A stretch of DNA of 58,285 bases. It comes from a virus. Taxonomy: Duplodnaviria; Caudoviricetes. The notes under the pieces are model-generated. The model worked only from the letters and a program-made list of their open reading frames with translations, was not told the origin of the DNA and did not search any database. Each line of letters opens with the position of its first letter. Position 1 is the stretch's first letter. Where the stretch lies: IMG/VR virus record IMGVR_UViG_3300050190_000052, positions 1-58,285 of that record. The stretch is one strand, 5' to 3'. Shown in pieces: positions 9,601-19,289 of the stretch. Made by a program: the position numbers and the translations under genes.

Positions 9601-10125
9601 GGCGGCGACTGGAAGACGATCACCAGGGAAGATTACGAAAAAGGCGCCGGCGTCGAGCCGATCAGTGATCCGCAGATGGTTACCGACATGCAACGCCTCG
9701 GCAGGGCACAGTTCCTGCTGACCTTCAAGGATGATCCTCGCGTCAAGGGGGAGAAAATCATTCTCGACGCGTTCACCGCGGCGATGATCCCGGACGCTGA
9801 AAGCTACATGACAGAGGCGCCGGCGCAGCCTGATCCAAAGATTCTGCTGAAAAGCCGCGAGCTGGATATCCGCGAGAAACGGGAGATGATCGAACTGATG
9901 TTGCGCCACGAACATGACAAGGCGCTGATCATCGGGGAGATATGCAAGGCCGAATTGGCGTTGGCTCAGGCGAGGAAGCTTGACAATGACGCGCAACTGG
10001 GGTGGGTGGAGCAACATATTGAACACCTGAAAGCACAGGTCGATGCCATTGCCACCCTATCGCCCCCGCCAGCCGGTCCCACCGCCGATGCCGGGGGAGG
10101 AGCGAGTCCCCCCGCTTCTCCGTGA
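6694..10125 (+). CDS. portal protein (P22-like) interrupted by an intein
   Basis: Follows terL; extein motifs KTYPWPEA/SNVIYPL...QFAARAYP, FIPNPDSKVYDLGFG, AIYKRIHRS; about 790 aa after splicing. Confidence 0.88.
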   Translation: MSATLAPPPPPNGISSIAALAGGTGASPPISSEPDDHPNPELRDQLTRWVGMKNIAADPDDNMEPNPEIGDDIARIAARVRSDYDIDELSRADWREKYRKWLDCALQVTEHKTYPWPEACFSLDTDVLTDSGWKPVAEIAIGERVLSRAPSGAAAFYPVTERHRFTALSMVHFTGKSIDLMVTPNHRMLVESKFGKRKKQHFIEAGRFLEERLAFRYIPLTSQWTGDPLSEIHGVSAEAYARFLGWYISEGSAFTGHNTHTLKDGTFRDYGKSPSSFAIAQSQTANPVKFERLRHDIEACRFTCKATPTGYIVHARSMPNAAKDELRSLGLSHQKHVPDYLLTASVPVLKALLDGLMAGDGCIRERNGKEESWSYSTVSRRLSDQMQDICQKIGWRATVAERAAVVGGVINGRQITGAQTCYLIAINRKSRIQVVKMDRQAVFGPCEVACVTVEPHHTLYVRRNGKALWCGNSNVIYPLMTTAAIQFAARAYPAIIRDRNVVKGTVIGDDKGVINPAFVHLLQAAHAHDQAMAQQQQQGGQPPPGGPPPGAQPPGPGPMQQSGPAASPQPGPGMPPPGQAGPGMGLPAGMPRQWLEEPGAKQKRALRIGRHMSWQLLFEQEEWEPQTDTLLVALPIVGTYFRKSYYDQSLGRNVSETVDALALCVNYYAKSFETSPRKTESIRMYPDEIETAIRSGLFIDWDGDGALAYGHDSGVTMEDEKRRDPNSQQDEDAAVTFLEQHRRWDLDGDGYPEPYIITVARDSGKLARIVAGFEMDGVHFNRKGQVRKIDVVAVYTKYGFIPNPDSKVYDLGFGHLLFPINEAVNTTINMMIDSGHLQIVGGGFIGSGLSINTGTVRFTHGEYKPVNTFGGNIRDNIYQIPFPGPNPILMQLLQFLIESGERVASVKDVMVGDMPGDNTSGITTLAVIEQGLKVFSAIYKRIHRSLGYEFKKQYQLNRKYSRKESQYQEGGDWKTITREDYEKGAGVEPISDPQMVTDMQRLGRAQFLLTFKDDPRVKGEKIILDAFTAAMIPDAESYMTEAPAQPDPKILLKSRELDIREKREMIELMLRHEHDKALIIGEICKAELALAQARKLDNDAQLGWVEQHIEHLKAQVDAIATLSPPPAGPTADAGGGASPPASP
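7051..8109 (+). mobile_element. intein with LAGLIDADG homing endonuclease (353 aa)
   Basis: Block A CFSLDTDVLTDSGWK, block B VTPNHRM, LAGLIDADG-like FLGWYISEG and LLDGLMAGDG, C-terminal HHTLYVRRNGKALWCGN followed by Ser+1. Confidence 0.93.
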
Positions 10126-10387
10126 ACTCAGCCCCGAGCAGTGGGCTATGTGGAAACGCCATCCGGTCACCGACCTGATATTCGGACGGTATCTCCCGGA
10201 CTTCCGCGCATCGCTCGAACGCCAGATTCTGGAAGCGTGGCTGGTGAACGGCGCCTCGCTCGCGCAGCAAGAGCAGGTCAAAGGCCACTTGCTCGGCGCG
10301 CATCAGATGGAGGCTATGACGTTGGATCAGTTGCGGCTGTTCTATGATCTGGATCTGCCCGATAGCCTGAAGCCATATCGGGCATGA
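10043..10387 (+). CDS. hypothetical head-module protein
   Basis: ORF overlapping portal 3' end (EQWAMWKRHPVT); true start may be ATG 10088. Confidence 0.6.
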   Translation: MPLPPYRPRQPVPPPMPGEERVPPLLRELSPEQWAMWKRHPVTDLIFGRYLPDFRASLERQILEAWLVNGASLAQQEQVKGHLLGAHQMEAMTLDQLRLFYDLDLPDSLKPYRA

Positions 10388-10860
10388 CACCAGAAGAAGC
10401 CGTTTCGAAAATTAACGCCACATTCACGGTGCATGAAGAGCGCGGCATCGCGACCGGTTGGACCGATCAAAACGACAAAGTCATGGGCATGGGCGCGCGC
10501 GACATGGATACGGCGCCGAACGGCGAGCCGTACGAAGTCGTGACCAGCTATGGCCTCGGCGCGCGATTGCCGAAGGATGCCCTGGTCATGTTCCAGAGCG
10601 AAAGCCTCGCGGTGCGATGGTGGTTCGATGAGGTCGAGGATTGGGCTTCCAGCCTGCGCTCGGGCCGCGAATATTGGAAGCGCCTCAATCTTTACTGGCG
10701 TGACAAGCCAACGTTTCATACCACGACCTATCTGGCGATGGATCAAGGGGGTCTGTTTCGCACCTCCTCCCCGCTGGCGGCCATTCACCAAATCGACCTT
10801 GGTTTCGTGTGGTCGCGCTTGCTGATCAGCACGATCGGCCCCAACGGAGAGGAGACCTGA
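10384..10860 (+). CDS. hypothetical protein
   Basis: 158-aa ORF with ATGA overlap. Confidence 0.6.
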   Translation: MTPEEAVSKINATFTVHEERGIATGWTDQNDKVMGMGARDMDTAPNGEPYEVVTSYGLGARLPKDALVMFQSESLAVRWWFDEVEDWASSLRSGREYWKRLNLYWRDKPTFHTTTYLAMDQGGLFRTSSPLAAIHQIDLGFVWSRLLISTIGPNGEET

Positions 10861-10864
10861 AAAT

Positions 10865-11329
10865 ATGGCCATCGGCCCCGAGGCACTGAACGATCTGCCG
10901 CCGCGGTTCATCCCGACGCAATTTGGCTCGTACAGCATGGTGGAATGGTCTGGAAGCAACACTTCCGGCCTCCGCGCGCTGTGCGATAAGGTTGTGGTGT
11001 TCCCTGACCAGGTGCCGAACATGACCGAGGGCGGGATCATCTTTCCCGATTCGATCAAGGAAAGCATGGGAGCATCGGCGACGACCGGCATTCTGGTCTC
11101 AGTCGGGCCGCAGGCGTTCGCTTATGACAGCGACCGGCTGGTGAAATGGGTCGGCGAGCGGCCAAAGGCCGGCGATCGGGTGTACTTCCAGAAATACGTT
11201 GGCCAGGAACACAGCGGACGCGACGGCATGCTGTACCGGATCATGCAGGACAAATCGATCGCCTGTATCGAAGAGCCGCCCGGGATTGCCGACTATCCCA
11301 ACAGGGATCCCGCCATCGCTGCCGGCTAA
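10865..11329 (+). CDS. groES: GroES-like co-chaperonin
   Basis: LRALCDKVVV...TEGGIIFPD...GILVSVGP...KAGDRVYFQKYVG...YRIMQDKSIACI fits the Cpn10 pattern with mobile loop. Confidence 0.85.
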   Translation: MAIGPEALNDLPPRFIPTQFGSYSMVEWSGSNTSGLRALCDKVVVFPDQVPNMTEGGIIFPDSIKESMGASATTGILVSVGPQAFAYDSDRLVKWVGERPKAGDRVYFQKYVGQEHSGRDGMLYRIMQDKSIACIEEPPGIADYPNRDPAIAAG

Positions 11330-11380
11330 AGCAGGAGAATTCCTGGCACATCCCGCGAATGCACCAGGAGCGCACACCAA

Positions 11381-12328
11381 ATGTCAGGAACGCAAGCCGC
11401 AGGCGATGATGGAGACGGAGTTCCGTCCCAGAGCCAGGATGACGATGAAGTCGAGCGCATCGCCCGGGCCAATGGGTGGAAACCGAAAGAGGACTTCCGG
11501 GATCAAAGCAAATGGGTTCCGGCCGCCGTGTTCGTGGCGCGCGGCCTCGATAACCCGGCGATCCTCGCGGACAGGAACAATACCCTGTCGCGCCGACTGG
11601 ATGAGTTGCAGCGCGCCTCGGCGACTGAGGGCCGCGAACTGAGGGGCCGGCTCGATACCGCGCTGGAGTCGCTGAACGCCGTTACCCAGATGACGCGCAG
11701 CGCGGAGACGCGCGCTTATGACCGCGCCCGCCGCGAGTTGCGGGAGCAGGCAGCGACCGCTGTCTCTAACGCGGACACGGTTGCATATCAGCGAGCCCAG
11801 ACCGAACTCGACGAACTCGACAGGACGAAGCCCGCCCCGGCGCCTCCGTCTCGTCCGGATCCCGTGTCGCAACCCGTCAATCCGGGGCCGCCGCCCGCCG
11901 CCGCCGCATTCTTCTCGCGCAATCCCTGGTACCAGCAGGACTCTGAATTACAGATGGAGGCCGACATCATCCATACCGGCCTCAGTACCAAACGCCCCGA
12001 ACTCAGTCTTGAGCAAAACCTGGCTGAGGTCGAACGCCGGATGAAAGCGCAGTTCCCGGATCGCGTCGGCGCCCCGCGCCGCCCGCCAGCGCGTCAAGAG
12101 AACGACGATCCCGATGACGATCCGCCAGGTAGGCAGACCGTGACAGCAAGCTCCGCCGCCGCCGTGCCGCGCCGCGCGACCGGTCGCCGGACGTTCGACG
12201 CGATGCCGAAAGAGGCCAAGGACGCATACGCGAAATATGCGAAATTGCTCGAAGGGAAAGGCGCTCCCTTCACAAAAGAAGAGTACTCAACCAATTACTG
12301 GGATCAATTCCAGGATGATGGAGCCTGA
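11381..12328 (+). CDS. capsid scaffolding protein
   Basis: Acidic N-terminus, ARANGWKPKEDF..KWVPA, long coiled coil, FFSRNPWY; lies between portal and capsid. Confidence 0.7.
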   Translation: MSGTQAAGDDGDGVPSQSQDDDEVERIARANGWKPKEDFRDQSKWVPAAVFVARGLDNPAILADRNNTLSRRLDELQRASATEGRELRGRLDTALESLNAVTQMTRSAETRAYDRARRELREQAATAVSNADTVAYQRAQTELDELDRTKPAPAPPSRPDPVSQPVNPGPPPAAAAFFSRNPWYQQDSELQMEADIIHTGLSTKRPELSLEQNLAEVERRMKAQFPDRVGAPRRPPARQENDDPDDDPPGRQTVTASSAAAVPRRATGRRTFDAMPKEAKDAYAKYAKLLEGKGAPFTKEEYSTNYWDQFQDDGA

Positions 12329-12330
12329 CC

Positions 12331-12978
12331 ATGGCATTACGTGATGTTCTCGCCGGCGAAGATAACGACATGACGCGCGCCGCGGATGCCGCCGCGCACG
12401 GACGCTCACTCACCGGGCTGTCGGGTCGCCAGACGGAGACCAGATTCGGCAATCGTGATGATGTGTTCGGCGACCAGAACGCCGCACCACAGTCGCCCGA
12501 GCCAGTTATGGGCGAACGTGTGAAGGGGCGACGGATCGATCCAATGTTTCCTGAGGGGAACGACGAGGCCGCGCGAGACGACGATCCGCTGTTCCGCCGG
12601 AGCGGCGCGGCGGTTGTCGATCGTGTCCCGTTCGGCGATCAGGAACAGACCCTCGCCTATACGGCCCGGCCCGGGTATCGCCCGTACTGGTTTTCCGACA
12701 TACCCGGCCGTATCAACAGAGCCAAACGCGCGGGCTATGCGCATGTGATCGATCCCGACACCGGGGAGTCCATGAATCGCATCACCGATCGCGCCGATGG
12801 GCGGGGACGCGCAAGCTACTTGATGGAAATACCAATGCGGTGGTATCAGGAAGATAAGATGCGGCAAGCAGTCGCACTTGACCACCGGCTACACGATATC
12901 CGCTCAGGCAGAGCAGGCCCCGGCGCAGACGACAATCGGTATATTCCCCAGACGGGAATTCATATTACCGGACGCTAA
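12331..12978 (+). CDS. conserved head-module protein
   Basis: RPGYRPYWFSD..GRINRAKRAGY...YLMEIP..WY.ED; position before capsid genes. Confidence 0.6.
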   Translation: MALRDVLAGEDNDMTRAADAAAHGRSLTGLSGRQTETRFGNRDDVFGDQNAAPQSPEPVMGERVKGRRIDPMFPEGNDEAARDDDPLFRRSGAAVVDRVPFGDQEQTLAYTARPGYRPYWFSDIPGRINRAKRAGYAHVIDPDTGESMNRITDRADGRGRASYLMEIPMRWYQEDKMRQAVALDHRLHDIRSGRAGPGADDNRYIPQTGIHITGR

Positions 12979-13140
12979 GCCGACCGCGCCAGGGAACAGA
13001 AATCGCCCGGGCCACCAGGATAAAGCGAGCCGAAGGGGCAAGCAGCCCAGACCCAACGATCCGATTCGCACGCCTGGCCAGTTCATGCCGGCTGCCGCTC
13101 CCTTCCGTTTCACAATCCCACATCCTGAGGGTCACGACCC

Positions 13141-13746
13141 ATGGCAAACGCGAATTCCCCACGCGGCCTACAGCCTTATTCGTATCGTTCCGGTGCTCCC
13201 TGGGGGGGCGCGGTGCGCACGTACTATGTGCCGGTAGGCAACGCGACAGCGCTTTACCTCGGCGATCCCGTCATCACCGTGACCAACAGCTCCGATGGAA
13301 ACGGCATTCAGACGGTTGGCATCGCCACGGCGGCTAGCACGAACTCGATCCTTGGCGCGTTTATGGGCCGCTCCAACAACGCCGGGCAGGCCACGATCCC
13401 ACTGCTCCAAAGCAACAGCGTCTACCTGCCAGCCTCGACCGCCGCATACATCTACGTCTGCGACGATCCGGAACTGCTCTACTGTGTTCAAGAAGACTCC
13501 GTTGGCGGCTCTATGGTCTCAGGCGTATCCGGCCAGAACGCGTCCATGGTCGCCGGAAGCGGCAACACCGCGTCCGCGATGTCCGGCTGGATGCTCGACA
13601 GCTCAACCGTCGCGACCACCGACCTTCAGTTGCATATCATTCAGGGACTCCAGGAGGTGGATAACACCATCGGGTCCGCTTACGCGAAGTGGCTGGTAAC
13701 GCTGAACTTCGGCATCCACCCATGGAACAACAGCACTGGCATCTGA
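13141..13746 (+). CDS. capsid decoration/cement protein
   Basis: MANANSPRGLQP...LYLGDPV...YVCDDPELLY; directly upstream of the major capsid gene. Confidence 0.7.
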   Translation: MANANSPRGLQPYSYRSGAPWGGAVRTYYVPVGNATALYLGDPVITVTNSSDGNGIQTVGIATAASTNSILGAFMGRSNNAGQATIPLLQSNSVYLPASTAAYIYVCDDPELLYCVQEDSVGGSMVSGVSGQNASMVAGSGNTASAMSGWMLDSSTVATTDLQLHIIQGLQEVDNTIGSAYAKWLVTLNFGIHPWNNSTGI

Positions 13747-13791
13747 TGACCGCGCTCGCCCTACAGAAACAGTCCAACGGAGTAGGATAAT

Positions 13792-14700
13792 ATGGCCATA
13801 ATCACTACAGGCTCCCATCCCAAGGCGCTCTGGCCGGGGGTCAAGGGGTGGTGGGGACGGAGTTACAGCGAGCACGTTCCCGAGTACCCCGATCTGTTCG
13901 AGATCGACACTTCGGACAAGGCGTATGAGGAAGAGCCGGAGATCACCGGCTTTGGTCTCGCGCCGGTGAAGCCGCAGGGCCAGCAGATATTCTACGACGT
14001 TGAGGCGCAGGGGCCGGTCAGCCGCTACACGCACGTTGCCTACGCTCTGGGCTACATCGTGACGTTCGAGGAGTTGAGAGACGACCTCTACGAGGTGGTG
14101 TCCCGCCGCCGGGCGCAGCAGTTGGCCTTCAGCATGCGTCAGACCCAGGAAAACATCCTTTCCGCCGTCTACAATCAGGGGTTCAACTCTGGCTACCTGG
14201 GCGCCGATGGTGTGTCGCTGTTCTCGACGGCGCATCCGACGTTGTCCGGCAATCAGAGCAATCTTCTGACCACGGCCGCCGACCTTTCTGAAACCGCGGT
14301 CGAAGACCTTTGCATCCAGATCATGCAGATGACCAACAACCGCGGCATGAAAATCTCGGGCTTGCCGCAGTCGCTGAACATCCCGCCGTCGCTTTGGTTC
14401 GAGGCGAACCGGATCTACCATTCGGTTCTACAGAACGACACTGCGAACAACGCGATCAACGTGCTGCGGGCGACCGGCGCCTTTCCGAAAGGGATCAAGG
14501 TCAACCACTACTTCTCAAGCAGCACGGCGTGGTTCGTCAGGACGAACATCCCGCGCAGCCTGCAATACTTTGATCGGGACAAGATCACCTTCGATCAAGA
14601 CAACGACTTCGACACCAAGAACGCGAAGGCTGCTTGCTACCAGCGGTACTCGGCGTTTTGGTCAGACTGGCGTGGCGCTTTCGCAACTCCGGGCGTGTGA
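13792..14700 (+). CDS. major capsid protein (HK97 fold)
   Basis: 302 aa; KALWPG...SDKAYEE..TGFGLAPVK..YALGY...GADGVSLFSTAHP...DFDTKN...RYSAFWSDWRG. Confidence 0.9.
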   Translation: MAIITTGSHPKALWPGVKGWWGRSYSEHVPEYPDLFEIDTSDKAYEEEPEITGFGLAPVKPQGQQIFYDVEAQGPVSRYTHVAYALGYIVTFEELRDDLYEVVSRRRAQQLAFSMRQTQENILSAVYNQGFNSGYLGADGVSLFSTAHPTLSGNQSNLLTTAADLSETAVEDLCIQIMQMTNNRGMKISGLPQSLNIPPSLWFEANRIYHSVLQNDTANNAINVLRATGAFPKGIKVNHYFSSSTAWFVRTNIPRSLQYFDRDKITFDQDNDFDTKNAKAACYQRYSAFWSDWRGAFATPGV

Positions 14701-14736
14701 GCTACCGAGAATTCACCTTTGGAAGGAATTGGTACG

Positions 14737-14853
14737 ATGGCACGCAAGGCGGATGAGTCGAAGAAGGCCGAGGAGCGCAAGGCCGGACGCAAGGGAGCCA
14801 AAAAAGAGGACCACAAGCGCGAGAAGAAATCCGAGCGCAAAAAGAAGAAATAG
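14737..14853 (+). CDS. 38-aa highly charged Lys/Arg-rich peptide
   Basis: Read manually: MARKADESKKAEERKAGRKGAKKEDHKREKKSERKKKK; AAGGA RBS; below ORF-track cut-off. Confidence 0.6.
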   Translation: MARKADESKKAEERKAGRKGAKKEDHKREKKSERKKKK

Positions 14854-14865
14854 CCGTTTGACGAA

Positions 14866-15378
14866 ATGATCGCCGACCGTCATGTTGCGGGTACTCTCCC
14901 AGAAGCGAGGTTGTCGGCGATGCCTATCCAATCCCTCTACATCGTGAAGCTGTTTCTCAGGACCGGTCTGGTGATCGATTACAACTTCACCGACGCCGGC
15001 CGCGCTGTCGTCGTGAAAGACACCTGCGCCCATGCGATGTTCGCCGCGCGCGAGGCTCCGAAGCAGCCGCGCACCGCCGCCAATCCAGGGGCCGAAGCGT
15101 GGACACCACCAGCCATTTGCAAGTTCATCGACGATGCGCGCCGCGAGGCGCACTGGTGCGGCAAGGACATCATCGGCGTGCAGATGACCGACCTGCATGA
15201 GGATATCGAGATGGGCGTGCGGACCTCGATTACGATCAAGCGGTACACCGAGGAACTGCTACGCCGGGCCGGCGAGATGCCAGAGCCGCAGGCAAGCCAC
15301 GCGCCATATCAGGATGTCTCTCCAAACGATCCCGCGCCGCGCGCGCCGGTCGATTCGATTGCGCGGTTTTCGACCTGA
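14866..15378 (+). CDS. hypothetical protein
   Basis: 170-aa ORF; start may be ATG 14920. Confidence 0.55.
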   Translation: MIADRHVAGTLPEARLSAMPIQSLYIVKLFLRTGLVIDYNFTDAGRAVVVKDTCAHAMFAAREAPKQPRTAANPGAEAWTPPAICKFIDDARREAHWCGKDIIGVQMTDLHEDIEMGVRTSITIKRYTEELLRRAGEMPEPQASHAPYQDVSPNDPAPRAPVDSIARFST

Positions 15379-15488
15379 GGCGCATGCTTATTGCCCAAGG
15401 ACGCCATATCCCGTATCGTTGAACTCAGCGGCCAGTAGCCGACACCCATCTGCCCGGCCCAGCGGGGCCCAGATCAGGAGTTTCGGCT

Positions 15489-16406
15489 ATGGCTCGTACC
15501 GCCTTTTGGGGACCAGCGCACCGCGTCATGCAGAGAATGACGCTGGGATCGAGCGGAGGGCCGCCCAACGCCGCTCCGTCGCTCGACATGGGCGGGTCCG
15601 GCATTCAGGACTCCCGCCTCCTTTACAACTCAGCGAACAGTTCCACCGGGGCGCAGGTCATCGGCTGGATGGATGCGAATTGCCCATTCCTTGATTTCGT
15701 CCCGTCTACCCTGAGCGCCGTGGCGATTGCCGCTGCCCAGGCCGGGGTCGCTGGAACGGCTCTGACATTGCGGGCCGCGACCGGCGCCGGCATCACGGTA
15801 TCAGCCGCGCCTACGCTGATGCTGGGTTCACAAAACATCATCCCGACCGGCGCGCGGTTCATTGATTCGATCCCGGTGTATCAGCGCTTTGGGGCATCTG
15901 ACTTCACGGTGCTCTATGATGCCGCGACGATGGGCGCGCGCTGTCTCACGATTACGAGCGCCGGCGACGACCATCTCGGGACATTGGCGCTCGTTGGCTT
16001 CGACGCTTATGGCTATCTGTTGCATGAGACTGTCACGCTGGCCGATGCGACCACAGCGCAGAGCGTGAAAGCCTACAAGGGGCTGATCAGCGCAACGCCG
16101 GGTGGCACCCTGTCAGGCAGCAACATTTCGATCGGCCAGAGTGACACCTATGGGCTCCCGATGTACGCGGCGGCGGCCAGTTCGGTGTGGGGTTTCTGGA
16201 ACAGCCTGATTGTCACCGGAACGGGCACCTTCACCGCGGGCGTGACGACAACGCCATCGGCGACCACCGGCGACGTGCGCGGCACGTATCTGGTCGGCTC
16301 AGCGTCGGATGGCACCAAGCGCATGACGCTCTGGCAACATCCGGTTTTGCCGGCGATGATAACGAGGGGGATCAACGCGGGATTGTTCGGCGCGGCCCAG
16401 TTCTGA
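15489..16406 (+). CDS. putative virion structural protein
   Basis: 305 aa, Ala/Gly/Thr-rich, AGGAG RBS, ATTGDVRGTY...SDGTKR. Confidence 0.7.
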   Translation: MARTAFWGPAHRVMQRMTLGSSGGPPNAAPSLDMGGSGIQDSRLLYNSANSSTGAQVIGWMDANCPFLDFVPSTLSAVAIAAAQAGVAGTALTLRAATGAGITVSAAPTLMLGSQNIIPTGARFIDSIPVYQRFGASDFTVLYDAATMGARCLTITSAGDDHLGTLALVGFDAYGYLLHETVTLADATTAQSVKAYKGLISATPGGTLSGSNISIGQSDTYGLPMYAAAASSVWGFWNSLIVTGTGTFTAGVTTTPSATTGDVRGTYLVGSASDGTKRMTLWQHPVLPAMITRGINAGLFGAAQF

Positions 16407-16416
16407 GGAGAGCGCC

Positions 16417-16716
16417 ATGCGTCCGGTTACCGTAGTTACCACGGGCACAGAAGCCAGTCCCTGGATTATGCTGGATTATCTGGCCTGCCCGTTCGATGTT
16501 GGCATTGGCTGCGTTGTCACGGGGACGGTTGTTTTCGCGGTGGAGCATGCTTTCGAATCTCCTCCGACAACTGCTTTCCCGGATGCCACGATCGTAACGG
16601 CTTCCGCGAACGCGGCGACAAGTTATACGACTCCCATTCGCGCGGTACGTCTTAACCAGGCGTCGGGCTCGGGCACCGTGACGATGACGGTTCTTCAGGG
16701 CAGCAATTCAGGGTAA
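16417..16716 (+). CDS. putative virion structural protein
   Basis: 99 aa; PIRAVRLNQASGSGTVTMTVLQ; GAGGAG RBS. Confidence 0.65.
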   Translation: MRPVTVVTTGTEASPWIMLDYLACPFDVGIGCVVTGTVVFAVEHAFESPPTTAFPDATIVTASANAATSYTTPIRAVRLNQASGSGTVTMTVLQGSNSG

Positions 16717-16739
16717 TCCGGCGACACAGGAGCACCAGC

Positions 16740-19229
16740 ATGGCGGTTCGGCCGGTTCAAGGCACCACAGACGTCCTCCAGGCGTCTGACAACAATAATG
16801 TGGTGGCCTACTTCAGCGGATCTTCCGTCGCGGTCACACTGCCGGGCGGCCTTCCAAGGACGTTCCGCACGACGCTGCTCCAGATAGGGGCCGGCCCTGT
16901 CACGATCACGGCCGGCTCGGGTGTGACAGCGAACGGTCTCAGCGGCGACCTCGCGACGACAGGCCAGTACGGCGAACTTGTCATTACTGCCTATGGCGCG
17001 AACCTGTTCACTGTCGCTCCTGAATCGGCGGCCCTCCCGCTGGCGGGCGGCACCATGACGGGCGCCGCTATCTTTGACGCTGGGAATGTCGTTCCTGGAT
17101 CGATTTACGACGCTCTGGCCTACAGTTGGAACTCGGCAGGTGATGTTGGCCCGTCTATCCAGGCGGCGATCACTGCGGCAACGGCAGCGGGCGGCGGAAC
17201 GGTAATTGTTCCGGCTGGCACATACAATATCGCCACGGCTCTGGTCATCAACACGGCGGGCGTGAAACTGCAAGGCGCAGGCCGCGGCATTCCGCGCGAC
17301 AACGCACCGACGATTTTCTACGCCGTGACCCGGCTTGTGTGGACGGGCGCCGGCGGGGCCACGATGCTTACGGTTACTCCCGGAGGCACCCAGTCGCTCT
17401 ACCAAAACGACATCACCGGCATCGTCTTTGATGGCGCCAGCCTGGCGGATGTGTGCGTCCAGCTAACTGAGGTATCTTTTTCCAACTTCGAGGTTGGCGT
17501 CTCCGAACCGCGGCAGGTCGGTTTTTGGATGAATACCTGGGCTGGATCGGGACAGGATAGCCCCGGCTGCCAGTTTAACGTCATTGATGTAAACTCCCGC
17601 TCAACATCTGGCACCTACAGCCCGACTGGCATCCTGTTTGACAGCGGGTCCGCTGCCAGCACGTTCAACGTCAGCTACAACCAGATGCGGAACCTGACGG
17701 CTTGGTATGCCAAAGGTGACGGGATCGTGTTCGGCAACTCTGACAATAACCTGATTTTCGAAGCGACCAGCTCGGTGGACCCCACCAACAAGGGCGGTAG
17801 CCCGATCGTCTTCGCTAATACCGGCTATATCATGCCAAACGGCCTCCAGGTTCAAGGCCCGGCGTATAGTCAACGCGTTATCAAGGGAGGCTTAGCGGTT
17901 GTCCAGGGCTACAACTCTGGCCTTACATTCACCTTGGGCGCCGGAAACACTGGAACCACCGCCTTACATCCCGTGACGATCAACACAAGCGCCACTGCGG
18001 GGTTTCGTGGTGTTTCGCTATCCTTCGCGTCCACTACAGGTGTCGCGGTGGGGATGACCGCTTCAGCCGGAGGCTACTATACGGGCATCCCGAACAACTT
18101 CCATTGCTCGGGCGTAACAGGAACAACGGTATCGTTTCCCCAGGGTTTTGTCGCTGCGGTCGCAATCGCGCTTCCTGTGACGTTCTCACTTGGCGCTACA
18201 AACTCCGCAGTGGCCGGAACATATCTCTTGACGGCGGTTGACGGCACGCACTGGACCACGACCACGGTTCCCTCTGGTGGCCACGTCCAGACCGACATTG
18301 CTGTTTCCGGTGGCGTCCTGGCGCTAACCGATCTGGTTATCCCATTGACCGGCACCCCGGTTGCTGGCGACACCATTACGATTGTTGTCCCGTCCCCTGC
18401 CTCAAACATAACGATTGAGCATATCGATCAAGCGAACTCTTTTCCATTACCGACTGTGGAGCCGGGGGCAAACGGCTGGTATACGCTATCAAATAACCCC
18501 TACCCGGTTCCGTTTGGTGGAACGGGCAACATCAATATTCTGTCGGGACCAACCACCACCTCTGGCGTGGTAGAGATCGGCGGCTCCAATAGTGGCGCGT
18601 CCGGCTTTGCCTCGGTGCAAGTTGGAGGCGCGGCGGTTTTTGTAGCAAGCTTCGGTGGCGGTAGCGTAGGCGGACACAATACGCTAAATACCGGCACTTA
18701 TGCCTTCGCCGCGGCTGGTGACTTGTGCAGCATCACCGGCTACGCATCTGTCGTAGGCGGGTCACGCGCTACTGACCGCGGCAGACCGGCGCTTATCCTC
18801 GGAGGCAATACATTATCGGTTGGGCAGTTCCAGTCTTCCCGTATGGTACTCTCTGGCACCACGACCGGAGCATCCGTTCGGCTGTTTGCAACCTCCGCGA
18901 CCACAGCGACCACAACCTCGATATGCAATATGCCGATCAATTCCGCGGCGCACTTCTCGATTAAGGTTCACGGGCGCAACGCGACCACCTCCGGGACCGA
19001 CTATGACTGGACCGTCGAGGGTATGATTTCCGTCGATGGAACGCTCGCGACCACGGCCCTCGCGCTCGGCACGCCCGTCGCACTCACAAGGGGCACCGTC
19101 ACCGGAGCTGCGGTTTCTGTCACCGCCGACACCACCAACGGTGGCTTCAACATCACCTGCACAAACCCCACCGGGAACTCGTCCGCATGGGATTGGGTAG
19201 CGGTGCTGGATATGGCCGAGGTAGCGTAG
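16740..19229 (+). CDS. tailspike / beta-helix depolymerase-like receptor-binding protein
   Basis: 829 aa; DVGPSIQAAITAA..GGGTVIVPAGTYNI...GVKLQGAG is the pectate-lyase-like beta-helix start; LPLAGGTMTG linker. Confidence 0.8.
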   Translation: MAVRPVQGTTDVLQASDNNNVVAYFSGSSVAVTLPGGLPRTFRTTLLQIGAGPVTITAGSGVTANGLSGDLATTGQYGELVITAYGANLFTVAPESAALPLAGGTMTGAAIFDAGNVVPGSIYDALAYSWNSAGDVGPSIQAAITAATAAGGGTVIVPAGTYNIATALVINTAGVKLQGAGRGIPRDNAPTIFYAVTRLVWTGAGGATMLTVTPGGTQSLYQNDITGIVFDGASLADVCVQLTEVSFSNFEVGVSEPRQVGFWMNTWAGSGQDSPGCQFNVIDVNSRSTSGTYSPTGILFDSGSAASTFNVSYNQMRNLTAWYAKGDGIVFGNSDNNLIFEATSSVDPTNKGGSPIVFANTGYIMPNGLQVQGPAYSQRVIKGGLAVVQGYNSGLTFTLGAGNTGTTALHPVTINTSATAGFRGVSLSFASTTGVAVGMTASAGGYYTGIPNNFHCSGVTGTTVSFPQGFVAAVAIALPVTFSLGATNSAVAGTYLLTAVDGTHWTTTTVPSGGHVQTDIAVSGGVLALTDLVIPLTGTPVAGDTITIVVPSPASNITIEHIDQANSFPLPTVEPGANGWYTLSNNPYPVPFGGTGNINILSGPTTTSGVVEIGGSNSGASGFASVQVGGAAVFVASFGGGSVGGHNTLNTGTYAFAAAGDLCSITGYASVVGGSRATDRGRPALILGGNTLSVGQFQSSRMVLSGTTTGASVRLFATSATTATTTSICNMPINSAAHFSIKVHGRNATTSGTDYDWTVEGMISVDGTLATTALALGTPVALTRGTVTGAAVSVTADTTNGGFNITCTNPTGNSSAWDWVAVLDMAEVA

Positions 19230-19289
19230 CGTCCGCCCCGGCACGCTTATCGCAATTCCTTTTCGCGGGATAACCAGGAGGGTAGTGTC

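Noticed and set aside
12979-13140. Possible tRNA or ncRNA in the intergenic gap before the capsid genes
   Set aside because: No cloverleaf or recognisable RNA family seen by eye; an Rfam or tRNAscan run is needed to exclude it.
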